A stretch of 64,000 bases of DNA from Isosphaeraceae bacterium (GTDB lineage Bacteria > Planctomycetota > Planctomycetia > Isosphaerales > Isosphaeraceae). The position numbers were made by a program, and so were the translations under genes. Positions 42,524-52,819 of this stretch are shown here, piece after piece; positions within the stretch are counted from its first letter, which is position 1; each line of letters begins with the position of its first letter. The notes beneath the pieces are model-generated. The model was not told the origin of the DNA, did not search any database, and was given only the letters and a program-made list of their open reading frames with translations. The stretch spans positions 1-64,000 of the forward strand of contig CBDAVP010000010.1 of the NCBI GenBank assembly GCA_965201075.1. The letters are read 5' to 3'.

Positions 42524-43852
42524 CTACCCCGAGTGGGCGGCCGGGGGGGCGACGGGCTCGACGAGGATTCGGCGGATTCTTGTCGGGTCGGCCTGGAGGA
42601 CCGTCAAGCGGTGCTGGCCGACGATCACCGCGTCGTTGGCGTGGGCGAGGCGTCCCAGGAGGTCGAGGATCAAGCCCCCGGCGGTTTCGGCCTCGGTTTC
42701 GGGAATCGTCACCCCGCAGGTTTCGGAGAGGACGTCCAGCGGGCAGGCGGCGTCGACCTCGTAGGCGCCGTCGCCTCGGGCGGTGACCTGGGGGGTTTCG
42801 CGGTCGAACTCGTCCTGGATCGGGCCGACCAGTTCTTCCAGGACGTTTTCCAGGCCGACCATGCCGACGACGTCGCCGTATTCGTCCAGCAGCATCGCCA
42901 GGTGGACCCGGTTGCGCTGAAATTCGACGAGCAGTTGGTCGAGGCGGAGCGATTCGGGCAGAAAAGGGACCTTGCGGGCGAACTGGCGGAGGTCGAGCCG
43001 GCCGTTGGTCGAGGGACCGGCTCGGAAGAGGTCCTTGACGTGGATCATGCCGACGACGGTGGTCAGGTCGTCCTCGCAGATCGGGAAGCGGGTGTGGCCG
43101 GCCTGGCGGGCGACGCGGAGGTTGTCCTCGATCGGGCGGGCGAGGCTGAGGTAAACAATGTCGGGCCGGGGGACCATGATCCGCCGGGCCGTCTTTTCCT
43201 CAAGGTTCAGGACGTTCTCGATCATCACCCGTTCGTTGCGTGAGAGGTGCCCCCCGGCGACACTCTCGGCGACCATGTGGCGCAGTTCTTCCTCGGTATG
43301 GGCGACCTCGGCGTGGTCGGTCTTGCCCAGGCCGATGACCATCAAAACGAGGTTACTGGCGGCGTTCAAGAGCCAGATGAAGGGGAAAAAGACGTAGTAG
43401 AGGGCGACCAAAACCGGGGCGGTGGCCAGGGCGACGACGCGGGCCGAGCGGATGGCCAGGCTCTTGGGGGCCTGCTCTCCCAGGGCCATGTGAATAAACG
43501 TGACCAGGCCGATGGCGATGACCGGCACGACCGAGATGGCCAGGGGGCCGGCGGTCCAGTGCAGCCCTTTGAGCCCCAACCAGGCCAGCAGGTCGACGAC
43601 GGCCGGCTCGACCGAGGTCTCGATCGCCTTGCCCAGGGCGAGGCTGGCGACGGTGATGCCCAGTTGCGAGGCGGAAAGATAGGCGTCGAGGCGGTCGAGG
43701 GCTCGGCTGGTGAGGCGGGCGGCCCAGTTGCCGGCCTCGGCCAGCTGGTCGATCTGGCTGGCGCGGACCTTGACCAGGGCGAATTCGGCGGCGACGAAGA
43801 AGCCGTTGACGAAGACCAGGCCGGCGATGATCAGCAGGTCGATCAGGCTCAT
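42524..43852 (-). CDS. Hemolysin family (CNNM-CBS-CorC) protein
   Basis: NGFFVAAEFAL, QLGITVASL, GEQAPK, MVPRPD, LDEYG, ELVGPIQDEFD. Confidence 0.92.
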   Translation of the reverse strand: MSLIDLLIIAGLVFVNGFFVAAEFALVKVRASQIDQLAEAGNWAARLTSRALDRLDAYLSASQLGITVASLALGKAIETSVEPAVVDLLAWLGLKGLHWTAGPLAISVVPVIAIGLVTFIHMALGEQAPKSLAIRSARVVALATAPVLVALYYVFFPFIWLLNAASNLVLMVIGLGKTDHAEVAHTEEELRHMVAESVAGGHLSRNERVMIENVLNLEEKTARRIMVPRPDIVYLSLARPIEDNLRVARQAGHTRFPICEDDLTTVVGMIHVKDLFRAGPSTNGRLDLRQFARKVPFLPESLRLDQLLVEFQRNRVHLAMLLDEYGDVVGMVGLENVLEELVGPIQDEFDRETPQVTARGDGAYEVDAACPLDVLSETCGVTIPETEAETAGGLILDLLGRLAHANDAVIVGQHRLTVLQADPTRIRRILVEPVAPPAAHSG

Positions 43853-44074
43853 GCGTGGGCCGGTCGGTCCGGGCGGGGGGGGGGGGTGGCCCCCGGGCGA
43901 TCGTGGGGCGGTGGGTTATCGTAGCAGGTCGCAAGGCGGGCCGCACGGGCGATCCGAATCGGCGGGGCGGCGGTTGTCGGGTCGGGGCGTCACGGGCTAA
44001 AATCGCGCGACCGTCCCGCCCGAGGTCGGCGATTTGTCGATCGGCCCCCGTCCCGGCTCCTTCCGAGGTCCGCG

Positions 44075-45193
44075 ATGTCCGAACCGGCCCTGCTGAAAAC
44101 CCCCCTGCACGACTGGCACCGCGAGCATGGCGGCCGGCTCGTCGAGTTCGGCGGTTGGGAGATGCCGGTCCAGTATGGCTCGATTGTCGAGGAGCATCGG
44201 GCGGTCCGCGAGCGCGCCGGACTGTTCGACGTCAGCCACATGGGGCGTTTGCGATTCTGGGGGACCGATGCCGCGTCCTGGATCGACCACGCCACGACCA
44301 ACGCCGTGCGGAAGCTCACGCCGGGGCGGGTCCAGTATGGCTTGATGGTGGATGAGACCGGCGGGGTGATTGACGACCTGCTGGTCTACCGATCGCCGGC
44401 CGGGGGGGATGAGTATCTGGTGGTCTGCAACGCTTCGAACCGCTCGGCGGTGGTGGGGCAGTTCGGTCGCCTCGGGCTGCACTTCCAGGCCTCGTTCGAT
44501 GACCGGACGGTGGAGACGGCCATGATCGCGGTGCAAGGTCCGCGGGCCCTGGAGACGGCCGGGCGGGTGGTTTCGACCGGGTCGCCGCTGCCGGAGTTAG
44601 GCTATTACCGTTACGCCGAGGGGACGGCGTTCGGCGAAAGGGTGCTGGTCAGCCGGACCGGATATACCGGCGAGGATGGGGTGGAACTGATCGTCCCCGA
44701 GGGACTGGCGATTCGGACCTGGGAAGCGCTGCTGTCCGCCGGTCGCGAGTTCGACGTCATGCCGATCGGGCTGGCGGCGCGGGATACCCTGCGGTTCGAG
44801 GCCGCGATGCCCTTGCATGGCCACGAGATGGACCGGACGGTGAACCCGTTCGCCGCCGGGCTCGGCTGGGCGGTGAAGCTGGACAAGGGAGAGTTCACCG
44901 GCCGAGAGGCGCTGAAGCGCTGCCGAGACGAGCCCGGGGGGACGCGGGTTGGCCTGGAACTGGGCGGCAAGCGGATCGCCCGCCAGGGTTGCCCGGTGTT
45001 GAAGGATGGGCGCGTGATCGGGGCGGTGACCTCCGGGACCTTCGCGCCGACGTTGGACAAAAGCCTGGCGATGGCCCGGGTTGAGCCGGGCGTGGCCGGC
45101 ACGGGGGCGACCCTGGCGGTGGACATTCGGGGGCGAGAGGAGCCGGCGAGGGTCGTCCCCTTGCCGTTCTACCGACGCCCCGAGGACCGTTGA
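44075..45193 (+). CDS. gcvT: Glycine cleavage system aminomethyltransferase T
   Basis: FGGWEMPVQY, FDVSHMG, SRTGYTGEDG, GLAARDTLRFEA. Confidence 0.95.
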   Translation: MSEPALLKTPLHDWHREHGGRLVEFGGWEMPVQYGSIVEEHRAVRERAGLFDVSHMGRLRFWGTDAASWIDHATTNAVRKLTPGRVQYGLMVDETGGVIDDLLVYRSPAGGDEYLVVCNASNRSAVVGQFGRLGLHFQASFDDRTVETAMIAVQGPRALETAGRVVSTGSPLPELGYYRYAEGTAFGERVLVSRTGYTGEDGVELIVPEGLAIRTWEALLSAGREFDVMPIGLAARDTLRFEAAMPLHGHEMDRTVNPFAAGLGWAVKLDKGEFTGREALKRCRDEPGGTRVGLELGGKRIARQGCPVLKDGRVIGAVTSGTFAPTLDKSLAMARVEPGVAGTGATLAVDIRGREEPARVVPLPFYRRPEDR

Positions 45194-45219
45194 CGACGAC
45201 CAAAGGAGGCTGAACGCCG

Positions 45220-45609
45220 ATGGACCCGCAATCGCTGTTCTTCCTGACCAGCCATGAGTGGGCTTCGCTGGATGGCGAGGTCGCGACCGTGGGGATCTCG
45301 CAATTCGCCGTCGACCAGTTGACCGACCTGTTGATGATCGACCTGCCGCCGGTGGGGGGAACCCTGACGCCGGGCAAGAGCTTCGGCGAGGTCGAGAGTG
45401 TCAAGGCCGTCAGCGACCTGTACGCGCCGGTGGCCGGCGAGGTGGTCGAGGTCAACGACGCGGTGGCCAAGGACGTCCAGGTTCTGGCGGGCGACCCTTA
45501 TGGCGCGGGATGGCTGGTCAAGGTGCGACTGGCCAACCCCGCCGCGGGGCTGGTCGGGCTCCTCGACTACGAAACCTATAAGGCCAAGGTCGCCGAGGAC
45601 GCTCATTGA
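45220..45609 (+). CDS. gcvH: Glycine cleavage system H protein
   Basis: HEW, VGISQFA, VESVKAVSDLYAP (lipoyl Lys), DPYGAGWL; GGAGG RBS. Confidence 0.95.
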   Translation: MDPQSLFFLTSHEWASLDGEVATVGISQFAVDQLTDLLMIDLPPVGGTLTPGKSFGEVESVKAVSDLYAPVAGEVVEVNDAVAKDVQVLAGDPYGAGWLVKVRLANPAAGLVGLLDYETYKAKVAEDAH

Positions 45610-46727
45610 CCGCGATTCGGCCCGCGACGCTCGGCTTGGCGTTGATCTGGACCGGGCTCGTCCTTCGGCCCTCGCTGGCGGACGGTCCGGCGCCGGGGCC
45701 GATCCGGGTGGCCGGGGATGGCGTCTCGTTCGTGGAGGCGGGCTCGGGCCGGCCGTTTGTCCCCTGGGGGTTCAACTATGACCATGACTCCAAGGGGCGG
45801 CTCCTCGAAGGATACTGGGATCAAGAGTGGCCCACCGTTGAGGCCGACTTCCGCGAGATGAAGGCCCTGGGGGCGACGGTGGTCCGCGTCCACCTCCAAC
45901 TGGGGCGGTTCTTGCCCGAGCCGGGTCGCCCCGACCGGGCCCAGCTGGAACGCCTGGGTCGCTTGCTGGAGTTGGCCGGGCGGACGGGGCTGCGTCTCGA
46001 CCTGACCGGGCTGGGCTGTTACCACAAGGCGGAAAACCCGGCCTGGTACGACTCGCTGGAGGAGGAGGGTCGGTGGGCGGCGCAGGTCGAGTTCTGGGAG
46101 GCGGTGGCCGCTCGGTGCGCGGGGAGTCCCTCGCTGTTCTGCTATGACCTGATGAACGAGCCGTTCGTGCCGGTCGGCAAGCAGGACCCCGGCGACTGGC
46201 TGGGCAAGGGGCCAGGGCTGGACGGGAAATTCTTCGTCCAGAAGATCACCCTCGACATGGGCGACCGCCCCCGAGAGGAGGTCGGCCGCCGCTGGATGGT
46301 GACGCTTCGGGACGCGATCCGCCGTCGAGACCCCCAAACCCTCATCACCGTCGGCCTGGTGGACTGGAGCCTGGACCGGCCCCAACGGCTGTACTCGGGG
46401 ATTCCCCCGGAGGTGGTCGCGAAAGAGCTGGATTTCGTCAGCCTTCACATCTACCCCGAACGCGGCCGGGTGGACTCGGCGCTGGAGACGCTGGACGCCT
46501 TCGCGCTGGGGAAGCCGTTGGTGATCGAGGAAACCTTCCCTCTGAAGTGCTCGATGGACGAACTCGACCGGTTCCTGGACGGCTCTCGGCGACGGGCGTG
46601 CGGCTGGATTGGCTTCTACTGGGGGACGCCGCCGGAAGAGTTGCGGCGGTCGTCGTCGATGGTCGACGTGGTGGTGCTGGCCTGGCTGGATTGGTTCGCT
46701 CGCCGGCCGGGAGGTCCGAGGCCGTGA
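45606..46727 (+). CDS. Secreted GH5-like (cellulase family) glycoside hydrolase
   Basis: PWGFNYD, YDLMNEP (acid/base), SLHIYP, VIEETFP (nucleophile). Confidence 0.8.
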   Translation: MTAIRPATLGLALIWTGLVLRPSLADGPAPGPIRVAGDGVSFVEAGSGRPFVPWGFNYDHDSKGRLLEGYWDQEWPTVEADFREMKALGATVVRVHLQLGRFLPEPGRPDRAQLERLGRLLELAGRTGLRLDLTGLGCYHKAENPAWYDSLEEEGRWAAQVEFWEAVAARCAGSPSLFCYDLMNEPFVPVGKQDPGDWLGKGPGLDGKFFVQKITLDMGDRPREEVGRRWMVTLRDAIRRRDPQTLITVGLVDWSLDRPQRLYSGIPPEVVAKELDFVSLHIYPERGRVDSALETLDAFALGKPLVIEETFPLKCSMDELDRFLDGSRRRACGWIGFYWGTPPEELRRSSSMVDVVVLAWLDWFARRPGGPRP

Positions 46728-46768
46728 TTGGCGCGTGATCGACGATTCCCACCGGTCCTTTTATCGGG

Positions 46769-48049
46769 TTATTTTTGCCTGGATTCCATGCGAGGCTGCG
46801 GGGCCGGCGCGACGACCTTGGGCGCGAGGTTGAGGGTTGGGGCGACCTGGGCGGCTTCCTCGGTCGCTCTTCGGAAGACTGCTTCCCAGGCCAGACCGAA
46901 GGCGCGGACCTGGCCGGTTGAGGGGCGGCGGCGAGCGGCCTCGCGGGCCAGGCGCACCATCTGCCGGTAGGGCTCGGCGGTGGCCCCGGATCCCAGGTCG
47001 CCTCGGTGGGCGTCGAGGTCCGGGAGGATCAGCGTCAGGATCTGGGTCGGCGGCAGCGAAGCGATCGGCCTTTGACCATGATGAATGGCCGAGCGGAGCC
47101 GTCCCAGCGAGGGTTGGACCGGCAGCGTGACGGGGGGGAAGGGACGGTCCAGAGTGCTGCGTTGGAACACGGCCTGGGCGATCAACTCCAACTCCAGAAC
47201 GACCCGCAGGCGGCGCTGGGCCTCGGGCAGCGGGGGGATTGGCGGCGGTGGAGGCGGAGCGGGGACCATCCGGACGGGCGTGATGGGCCGGGGCCAGGGC
47301 TCTCGCAGGTCGGCGGCGCCCTGGGCCAGCGCGCAGCACAGGAGGATCAACGCGCCGACGCGGCCGGCCAGTCGAGAGCCGGGGCCCTCGGGGTTTTGGC
47401 TCAGGACATGGTCGGCCAGGCCGACCAGGGCCCCGACGATCGCTCCCCCAGCATGGCCGTAGTGATCCAGCGACTTGCGAAGGAACCAGGCGAGCGCCCC
47501 GTTGACAACCAGTTGGAACAGGATGATCCCCTTGGCGTAGTCGCCAAAGCGGGTCTTCGACCGCCAGGCGCCGACGCCCAGCAGCGTCACCAGCCCGAAG
47601 ATGGCCGTGGAACCGCCCCCGCTATGGTTGAGCCAGGGGTCTCGCCCAGCGATCGTCGGCAGGAACGGGCGGCTCAGCCCCGCTAGGGTGTTGCCCAGCC
47701 CGCCCAGAACCACGTACAGGGCCACGAATCGGCCGGTGCCATACCAGTCCTCGACCCAGCGCCCCAGAAGGAAAAGGCTGACGAGGTTCACAACCAAATG
47801 CAGCAGGCCGTAATGGACGAAGGTGGCGGTGACGACCCGCCAGACCTGCCCCCGGTACAATTCGGCCGAGGTCAAATCACCGAAAAAGTGGGCGGTCGTC
47901 GACGAGATTCCACCCCCCAGCCAACTCTCCTGGACCGGTGGGACCACCTGAACGGCGGACATCGCCACGTAGACGACAATCCACAGCAGGCCGATGGCCG
48001 TGGTGGCGGGAAAGGTGGTGAACTCCCGAAGAACCCGGCGGAACTTCAT
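46769..48049 (-). CDS. Rhomboid family intramembrane protease
   Basis: WRVVTATFVHYGLLHLVVN, GGSTAIFG, GHAGGAIVG. Confidence 0.85.
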   Translation of the reverse strand: MKFRRVLREFTTFPATTAIGLLWIVVYVAMSAVQVVPPVQESWLGGGISSTTAHFFGDLTSAELYRGQVWRVVTATFVHYGLLHLVVNLVSLFLLGRWVEDWYGTGRFVALYVVLGGLGNTLAGLSRPFLPTIAGRDPWLNHSGGGSTAIFGLVTLLGVGAWRSKTRFGDYAKGIILFQLVVNGALAWFLRKSLDHYGHAGGAIVGALVGLADHVLSQNPEGPGSRLAGRVGALILLCCALAQGAADLREPWPRPITPVRMVPAPPPPPPIPPLPEAQRRLRVVLELELIAQAVFQRSTLDRPFPPVTLPVQPSLGRLRSAIHHGQRPIASLPPTQILTLILPDLDAHRGDLGSGATAEPYRQMVRLAREAARRRPSTGQVRAFGLAWEAVFRRATEEAAQVAPTLNLAPKVVAPAPQPRMESRQK

Positions 48050-48651
48050 GCGCTGACGCCCCGAGAGGCCAGGGTCTCGCGGATCGCCTCCCGGCGGCGG
48101 TCGAATTCGGCGTCGCCCAGCGCTGGGGTCAAACCGTCCTGGGACGGCGGTTCCCCTTCCAGGTCCACCCAGGTCTTGCAGCCAGCCTGGGCCGGCGTGA
48201 CCGGCCATCGCAGGGGTTTGGGGCGTTGGAAGACGCGGACCGTCAGGACCCAAAGGCCCGGTTGTCGGTAGCGAAACCGCCTGGCGACGGTCTCCTCGGT
48301 CCAGACGTGGAATGGCTCCAGCTTCGGCAAAAGGTCCGGGTCGTCCAGTCGGGCGACGTCGACCACTCGGGCCAGCGACGTAAGGGGGACAAACGCCTCA
48401 AGGTCGTCTGGAGGCTCGGGGGCGTCCACCCTCAAGCCTTGCTGGGCCTGGTGGACCCACGTCGGATAGAGCCAGAAGGCGTCATGTTCGGCGCGGAAGC
48501 GACCGGGGCCCTCGGCCTCGTCGATTCCCCCCTTGCGCAGAATCAGGCTCTGGCGGCCGTCGGCCAGGGCGGCGACGACTCCGGCCCACTCCTTGAAGGC
48601 GACCGGACAGGCGGGGGGGAGGTTCCCAAGCGACTCGCTGCTCGTCAGCAC
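48046..48651 (-). CDS. DUF1802 family protein
   Basis: AFKEWA....L..GRQSLILRKGGI, FWLYPTWVHQ, GCKTWV. Confidence 0.88.
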   Translation of the reverse strand: MLTSSESLGNLPPACPVAFKEWAGVVAALADGRQSLILRKGGIDEAEGPGRFRAEHDAFWLYPTWVHQAQQGLRVDAPEPPDDLEAFVPLTSLARVVDVARLDDPDLLPKLEPFHVWTEETVARRFRYRQPGLWVLTVRVFQRPKPLRWPVTPAQAGCKTWVDLEGEPPSQDGLTPALGDAEFDRRREAIRETLASRGVSA

Positions 48652-49640
48652 GATTCTTCCCTGGGGGGACGGAGGGTCAACTCAGCGACGGCAGCCCGGG
48701 GGTCCTTCCCTTCGTGGAGGACCCGGTAAACTTCCCGGGTGATCGGCATCTCGACGCCTCGGGCGAGGGCCTGGTGGTAGACGCTTTTGGCCGTGGTCAC
48801 CCCTTCGGCGACGTGGGGAAGTCCGGCCAAAGCCTCGGCGGGGGTGGCGCCCCTTCCGATGGCCAGGCCAACGGCGCGGTTGCGTCCGAAGGGGCTGTAG
48901 CAGGTCGTCACCACGTCGCCCACCCCCGCCAACCCGGCAAAGGTCTCGGGTCGGGCCCCCAGGTCGATGGCGAACCGGGCGATCTCGGCCAGGCCACGGG
49001 TCAACAGCGCGGCCTTGGCATTATCCCCAAAACCCAGGCCATCGCAAACGCCAGCGGCGATTCCCAGGATGTTTTTCAACGCCCCCGCCAGTTCCACGCC
49101 CAGGGCATCCGTGTTGGTGTAAAGTCTGAGGGTTTCGCGATTTAATGCTTCCTGGACTCGCTCGTTCAACCGCGAATCGGCACCCGCAACGACCAGCGAG
49201 GCGGGCAGGTTGCGGGCGACCTCCTCGGCGTGGCTCGGTCCGCTGAGCACGGCGACCGGCCGGGGGCCCAGCGCCTCGACGATGATCTGGCTGGGACGGG
49301 CGAAGGTGCCGTCCTCGATCCCCTTGACCACGCTGAGAGCGGGGACGCCGGCGGGAATCTGTCCGGCAATCGCTGTCAGGGTGTTGCGGAGGAAGGCGGT
49401 GGGGATGGCCACGACCAGCAGGTCGGCCCCCCGGGTGGCGAGGCCGGCGTCGGCGGTCGGGCGAACTTCGGGCGGCAGCGCCACGCCGGGCAGGTGCCGT
49501 AAATTCTCCCGGCGGGTGGCCAGTTCCTCGGCGTGACGGGGGTCGCGGGCCCACAAGGTCACCCGGGGCGCAACGGTCGCGAACAGCATCGCCAGCGCCG
49601 TGCCAAACCCGCCCGATCCCAAAACCGCCACCTGATTCAT
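48645..49640 (-). CDS. gpsA: NAD(P)H-dependent glycerol-3-phosphate dehydrogenase
   Basis: GSGGFGTALA, LSGPSHAEEV, GALKNI, GDNAKAAL, GVGDVVTTC..GRNR. Confidence 0.95.
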   Translation of the reverse strand: MNQVAVLGSGGFGTALAMLFATVAPRVTLWARDPRHAEELATRRENLRHLPGVALPPEVRPTADAGLATRGADLLVVAIPTAFLRNTLTAIAGQIPAGVPALSVVKGIEDGTFARPSQIIVEALGPRPVAVLSGPSHAEEVARNLPASLVVAGADSRLNERVQEALNRETLRLYTNTDALGVELAGALKNILGIAAGVCDGLGFGDNAKAALLTRGLAEIARFAIDLGARPETFAGLAGVGDVVTTCYSPFGRNRAVGLAIGRGATPAEALAGLPHVAEGVTTAKSVYHQALARGVEMPITREVYRVLHEGKDPRAAVAELTLRPPREESC

Positions 49641-49784
49641 GCGTCGGAGGATAGCACGACGGACCCGTTGGTTCGAGGGGGGGGGCTCGACCTCGCCGCC
49701 GTTGACTTGATTCGCCCAGGGGGATCGACTATCCCGGACGGCCCGGTCCCTCCGAATTTGCTTCCCCGACGGAGCCGACGCCCG

Positions 49785-50684
49785 ATGCGTCTCACCCTCG
49801 CGTTTCCCGTCCTGGCCAGTTTCTGTCTCGCCGCCTCGTCCCCAGCCCTGGCCGACGAGCCGCGGGTTCCCGACTCGGTATTCTTCAAGGCGGGGATCGC
49901 CTTCGCCCAGCCCGGTGGAAAGGAGTTGAAACTCGACCTGGCCCAGCCCCTTCATGGCCAGGGTCCGTTCCCGGCGGTGATCTGCATCCACGGCGGAGGC
50001 TTCCGCGCGGGAACTCGCGACGGGTATGACGAGCTGGTCGTCCGTCTGGCCAAGCGGGGGTATGTGGCATTGACGGTGTCGTACCGCTTGGCGCCCCAGG
50101 ACAAATTTCCGGCGGCGGTTCACGACGTCAAGGCGGCGGTCCGCTGGTTGAAGGCCAACGCGGAGAAGTATCACGTCGACCCCGACCGCATTGGCGTGAT
50201 GGGCGGCTCGGCCGGCGGGCACCTCGCGCAGTTCCTGGGGGTGACGGCCGACGAGCCGAGGTTTGAAGGGGACGGCGGGAACCCCGACCAGTCGAGCCGG
50301 GTCGCCTGCGTCGTCAACGTCTACGGGCCGAGCGACCTGACCCGCTCCTACGGCAAGAGTGTCGACGCGGCGGAGGTCTTGCCACTGTTTTTGGGAGGAG
50401 ACCTGTCGACGGCGAGGATGGCCCACGTCCTGGCCAGCCCCTTGACCTGGGCGTCGAAGGGGGACGCGCCGACGTTGGACATCCACGGCACCGAGGACAA
50501 GTACGTCGCCCACGAACAGGCGGTCTGGATGGTCGACGCCCTGAAGGCCCACGAGGTCGAGGCCGAATTGCTGACCCTGCCGGGCGCCGGTCACGGGTTT
50601 CAGGGGGACGACGCCCGCAAGGCCGACGAGGCGATGTTCGCGTTCCTGGACGCTCACCTGAAGCCGGGCTCCACGTCGAAGTGA
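49785..50684 (+). CDS. Secreted alpha/beta hydrolase (esterase/lipase)
   Basis: HGGGF, GGSAGGHL, HGTED, AGHGF; signal peptide. Confidence 0.92.
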   Translation: MRLTLAFPVLASFCLAASSPALADEPRVPDSVFFKAGIAFAQPGGKELKLDLAQPLHGQGPFPAVICIHGGGFRAGTRDGYDELVVRLAKRGYVALTVSYRLAPQDKFPAAVHDVKAAVRWLKANAEKYHVDPDRIGVMGGSAGGHLAQFLGVTADEPRFEGDGGNPDQSSRVACVVNVYGPSDLTRSYGKSVDAAEVLPLFLGGDLSTARMAHVLASPLTWASKGDAPTLDIHGTEDKYVAHEQAVWMVDALKAHEVEAELLTLPGAGHGFQGDDARKADEAMFAFLDAHLKPGSTSK

Positions 50685-50695
50685 ACGCCAAACGG

Positions 50696-50727
50696 CGGCC
50701 GGGGTTTCTCGCGGGAGATCCCGGCCG
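50696..50727. terminator. Hairpin between convergent genes
   Basis: CGGCCGGGGTTTCTC / GAGATCCCGGCCG. Confidence 0.55.
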
Positions 50728-50739
50728 GGTTGAAGCGTC

Positions 50740-51597
50740 TCAGGCCGCCGCGACGGCCATCGTGTCGGCGGTGGACCCGAGGTCGTAGGGGTGGTCGAAG
50801 TGGGGGTCGACCCGGGCCGGCAGAATCGTCAGGAGGTAGCGGACAGCGCCAAACGCCTCGATGGCGGCCTCCCGGCGGAGCGGTTCGGAGCTGACGGCGA
50901 TGACCCAGTGTCGCTTCAACTCGGCGACCAGGCCCAGCGACGGTTCCTTAAGCAGACCATGCCGGGTGGCGACCTTGAGGACCGCGTGGGGGTCGTCGGA
51001 TCGGGCCGCGATCCGTCGACTGAGCAAGGCTTGTCGCAGACGAGCTTCCAGGGCCCGCCAGGCCTCGACGACGCAAAGGTCGTAATGCTCGCCGGCCAGC
51101 AAGGTCGCGGCCTGGTCGAGCGAACGGGCCTCCTGCGCCGCCAGTTGGTCCATCTTCGAGAGCCGGTCCCGTTCGTTGAGCCGGTGCTTGATCCGCCAGG
51201 CGACGACCTGCGACAGCAAAATCCAGCCCACACCCAGCCCAACGGCGACCGTCGGAGCGGCCCACGCCACATGAGACACCGCCACCCGACGAGCCAGCGC
51301 TGCCGACAGGAACAGCCCTCCGTAGATCGGCAGGACCATCACCGCCAGGGCATACGACGAGTTGCCCGTCCGTTCAAACCACGAATGCGGGCGGTCGTTC
51401 AGCAGGGCGACGGCGTACAGGTAGACGCAAAGTCCCAGCAGGGCCGAGGTCAGCGCGTAAGCGTGGAAGACCTTCAAGCGGGCGCCCAGGTAGACAAACC
51501 CCAGGTCCGGCGAGCGGTCCAGGAACGGATGCAGGGTAAACAGGGTTCCCAGCAATGCGAGAGCGAAACCGATCTTGAGCTTGGTGAATTCGGTCAT
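50740..51597 (-). CDS. Membrane protein (about 4 TM) with C-terminal HEPN-like helical domain
   Basis: Hydrophobic N-half; YDLCVVEAWRALEARLR...GLL pattern. Confidence 0.6.
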   Translation of the reverse strand: MTEFTKLKIGFALALLGTLFTLHPFLDRSPDLGFVYLGARLKVFHAYALTSALLGLCVYLYAVALLNDRPHSWFERTGNSSYALAVMVLPIYGGLFLSAALARRVAVSHVAWAAPTVAVGLGVGWILLSQVVAWRIKHRLNERDRLSKMDQLAAQEARSLDQAATLLAGEHYDLCVVEAWRALEARLRQALLSRRIAARSDDPHAVLKVATRHGLLKEPSLGLVAELKRHWVIAVSSEPLRREAAIEAFGAVRYLLTILPARVDPHFDHPYDLGSTADTMAVAAA

Positions 51598-51721
51598 CGG
51601 GCGAAGCCCTACCGTCCCGCCGAGCGCCACGCCCTCGGGGGACGTGGAAGAAACGTCGGCAAGGGTGGATTCGCCGGCCACGTCGGCGGATTGGAGAATC
51701 GTCCCCGGGCTTCGTGGATCG

Positions 51722-52819
51722 TCAGGGTCGCACGGCGGCGCCGAGGTCGTCGAGGGCTTGCGGGGCGTCCCAGGTCGCCGCGTGGTCGGGTTCCCGATTC
51801 GCCAGGACTTGGGCTCGCGCGGGACTAGGGAATTTGGGCAGGGCTCCCCGGTGGCCGAGCATGATGAACACGTCGGAAGGGGCCAGGAGCACGTCAGGCG
51901 CGGGGTTCAGCAGGAACGAGCCGTCGTCTCGCTTCAAGGCCAGGATGACGTAGCCCCCGCAGCCCTCGAACTCGACCCGCCCGATCGGCTGGCCCACCAG
52001 CGGTGAGTCCGTGTCCAGACGGATTTCCGTCAGCTCCAGGCCGACGCGGCGGAACTCCTCGGCGAGGCGGGCCAGTTCGTCGGCCTCCTTCATCAGCTCC
52101 TCGGCCGAGGGGCGGGTAATCATCTGGGCGATCTTGGTCGCGCCGATCAGGGCCGGCAGGACAACCTTGGTCGCTCCGGAGCGACGGAGCTTCTTTTCGG
52201 TGGCCGGGGCCTCGGCTCGGGCGATGATCTCGATGGTCGGGTTGAGTTCCCGGGCCGTGAGGGTGATGAAGACGTTGGCCGAGTCGTCGGGCAGGACCGT
52301 GGCCAGCACCCCGGCCCGCTCGATGCCGGCGGCCTGGAGGGTTGGCTCCTCCGAGGCGCTTCCCAAAATCGCCAGGTAGCCGGCGCGCTGGGCCTCGCCG
52401 ACGCGAGACTCGTTGTTGTCGATGACCACGAACGGATGGCCGGCCGCCGCCAGGTCCGAGGCGAGCATCTGCCCGACCCGGCCGAAGCCGCAGATCAAGG
52501 CATGACCCCTGAGCTTCTCGATGCCCCTGGACATTCTTCGAGTCCCCAAGGCCCGGTTGATCTCCCCCTCGGCCAGCATCTGCACGAACCCCCCGACGGT
52601 GTAAATCCCCGACGAGCAGCCGGCGATGATGACCCCCATCGTGAAAATCTTGAGAGCGGGGTCGCTCAGCGGTTTCGCCTCGCCGTAACCGACACCGAAG
52701 ACCGTGATGACCACCATGTAAACGGCGTCGAGCATCGACCATCCGGCCACCATGTAGCCAATAATCGCGATCGTGCAGGTCAGTCCGAAGAAGACCGCCC
52801 CCGTCAAGATCCGGCGCAT
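51722..52819 (-). CDS. Potassium channel family protein (2TM pore + RCK/TrkA-N and TrkA-C)
   Basis: [17 protein letters not shown] pore, [17 protein letters not shown]. Confidence 0.9.
   Translation of the reverse strand: MRRILTGAVFFGLTCTIAIIGYMVAGWSMLDAVYMVVITVFGVGYGEAKPLSDPALKIFTMGVIIAGCSSGIYTVGGFVQMLAEGEINRALGTRRMSRGIEKLRGHALICGFGRVGQMLASDLAAAGHPFVVIDNNESRVGEAQRAGYLAILGSASEEPTLQAAGIERAGVLATVLPDDSANVFITLTARELNPTIEIIARAEAPATEKKLRRSGATKVVLPALIGATKIAQMITRPSAEELMKEADELARLAEEFRRVGLELTEIRLDTDSPLVGQPIGRVEFEGCGGYVILALKRDDGSFLLNPAPDVLLAPSDVFIMLGHRGALPKFPSPARAQVLANREPDHAATWDAPQALDDLGAAVRP

Noticed and set aside
43853..44074. Glycine riboswitch upstream of gcvT
   Set aside because: No recognisable GGAGA/CUCUCAGG aptamer motifs
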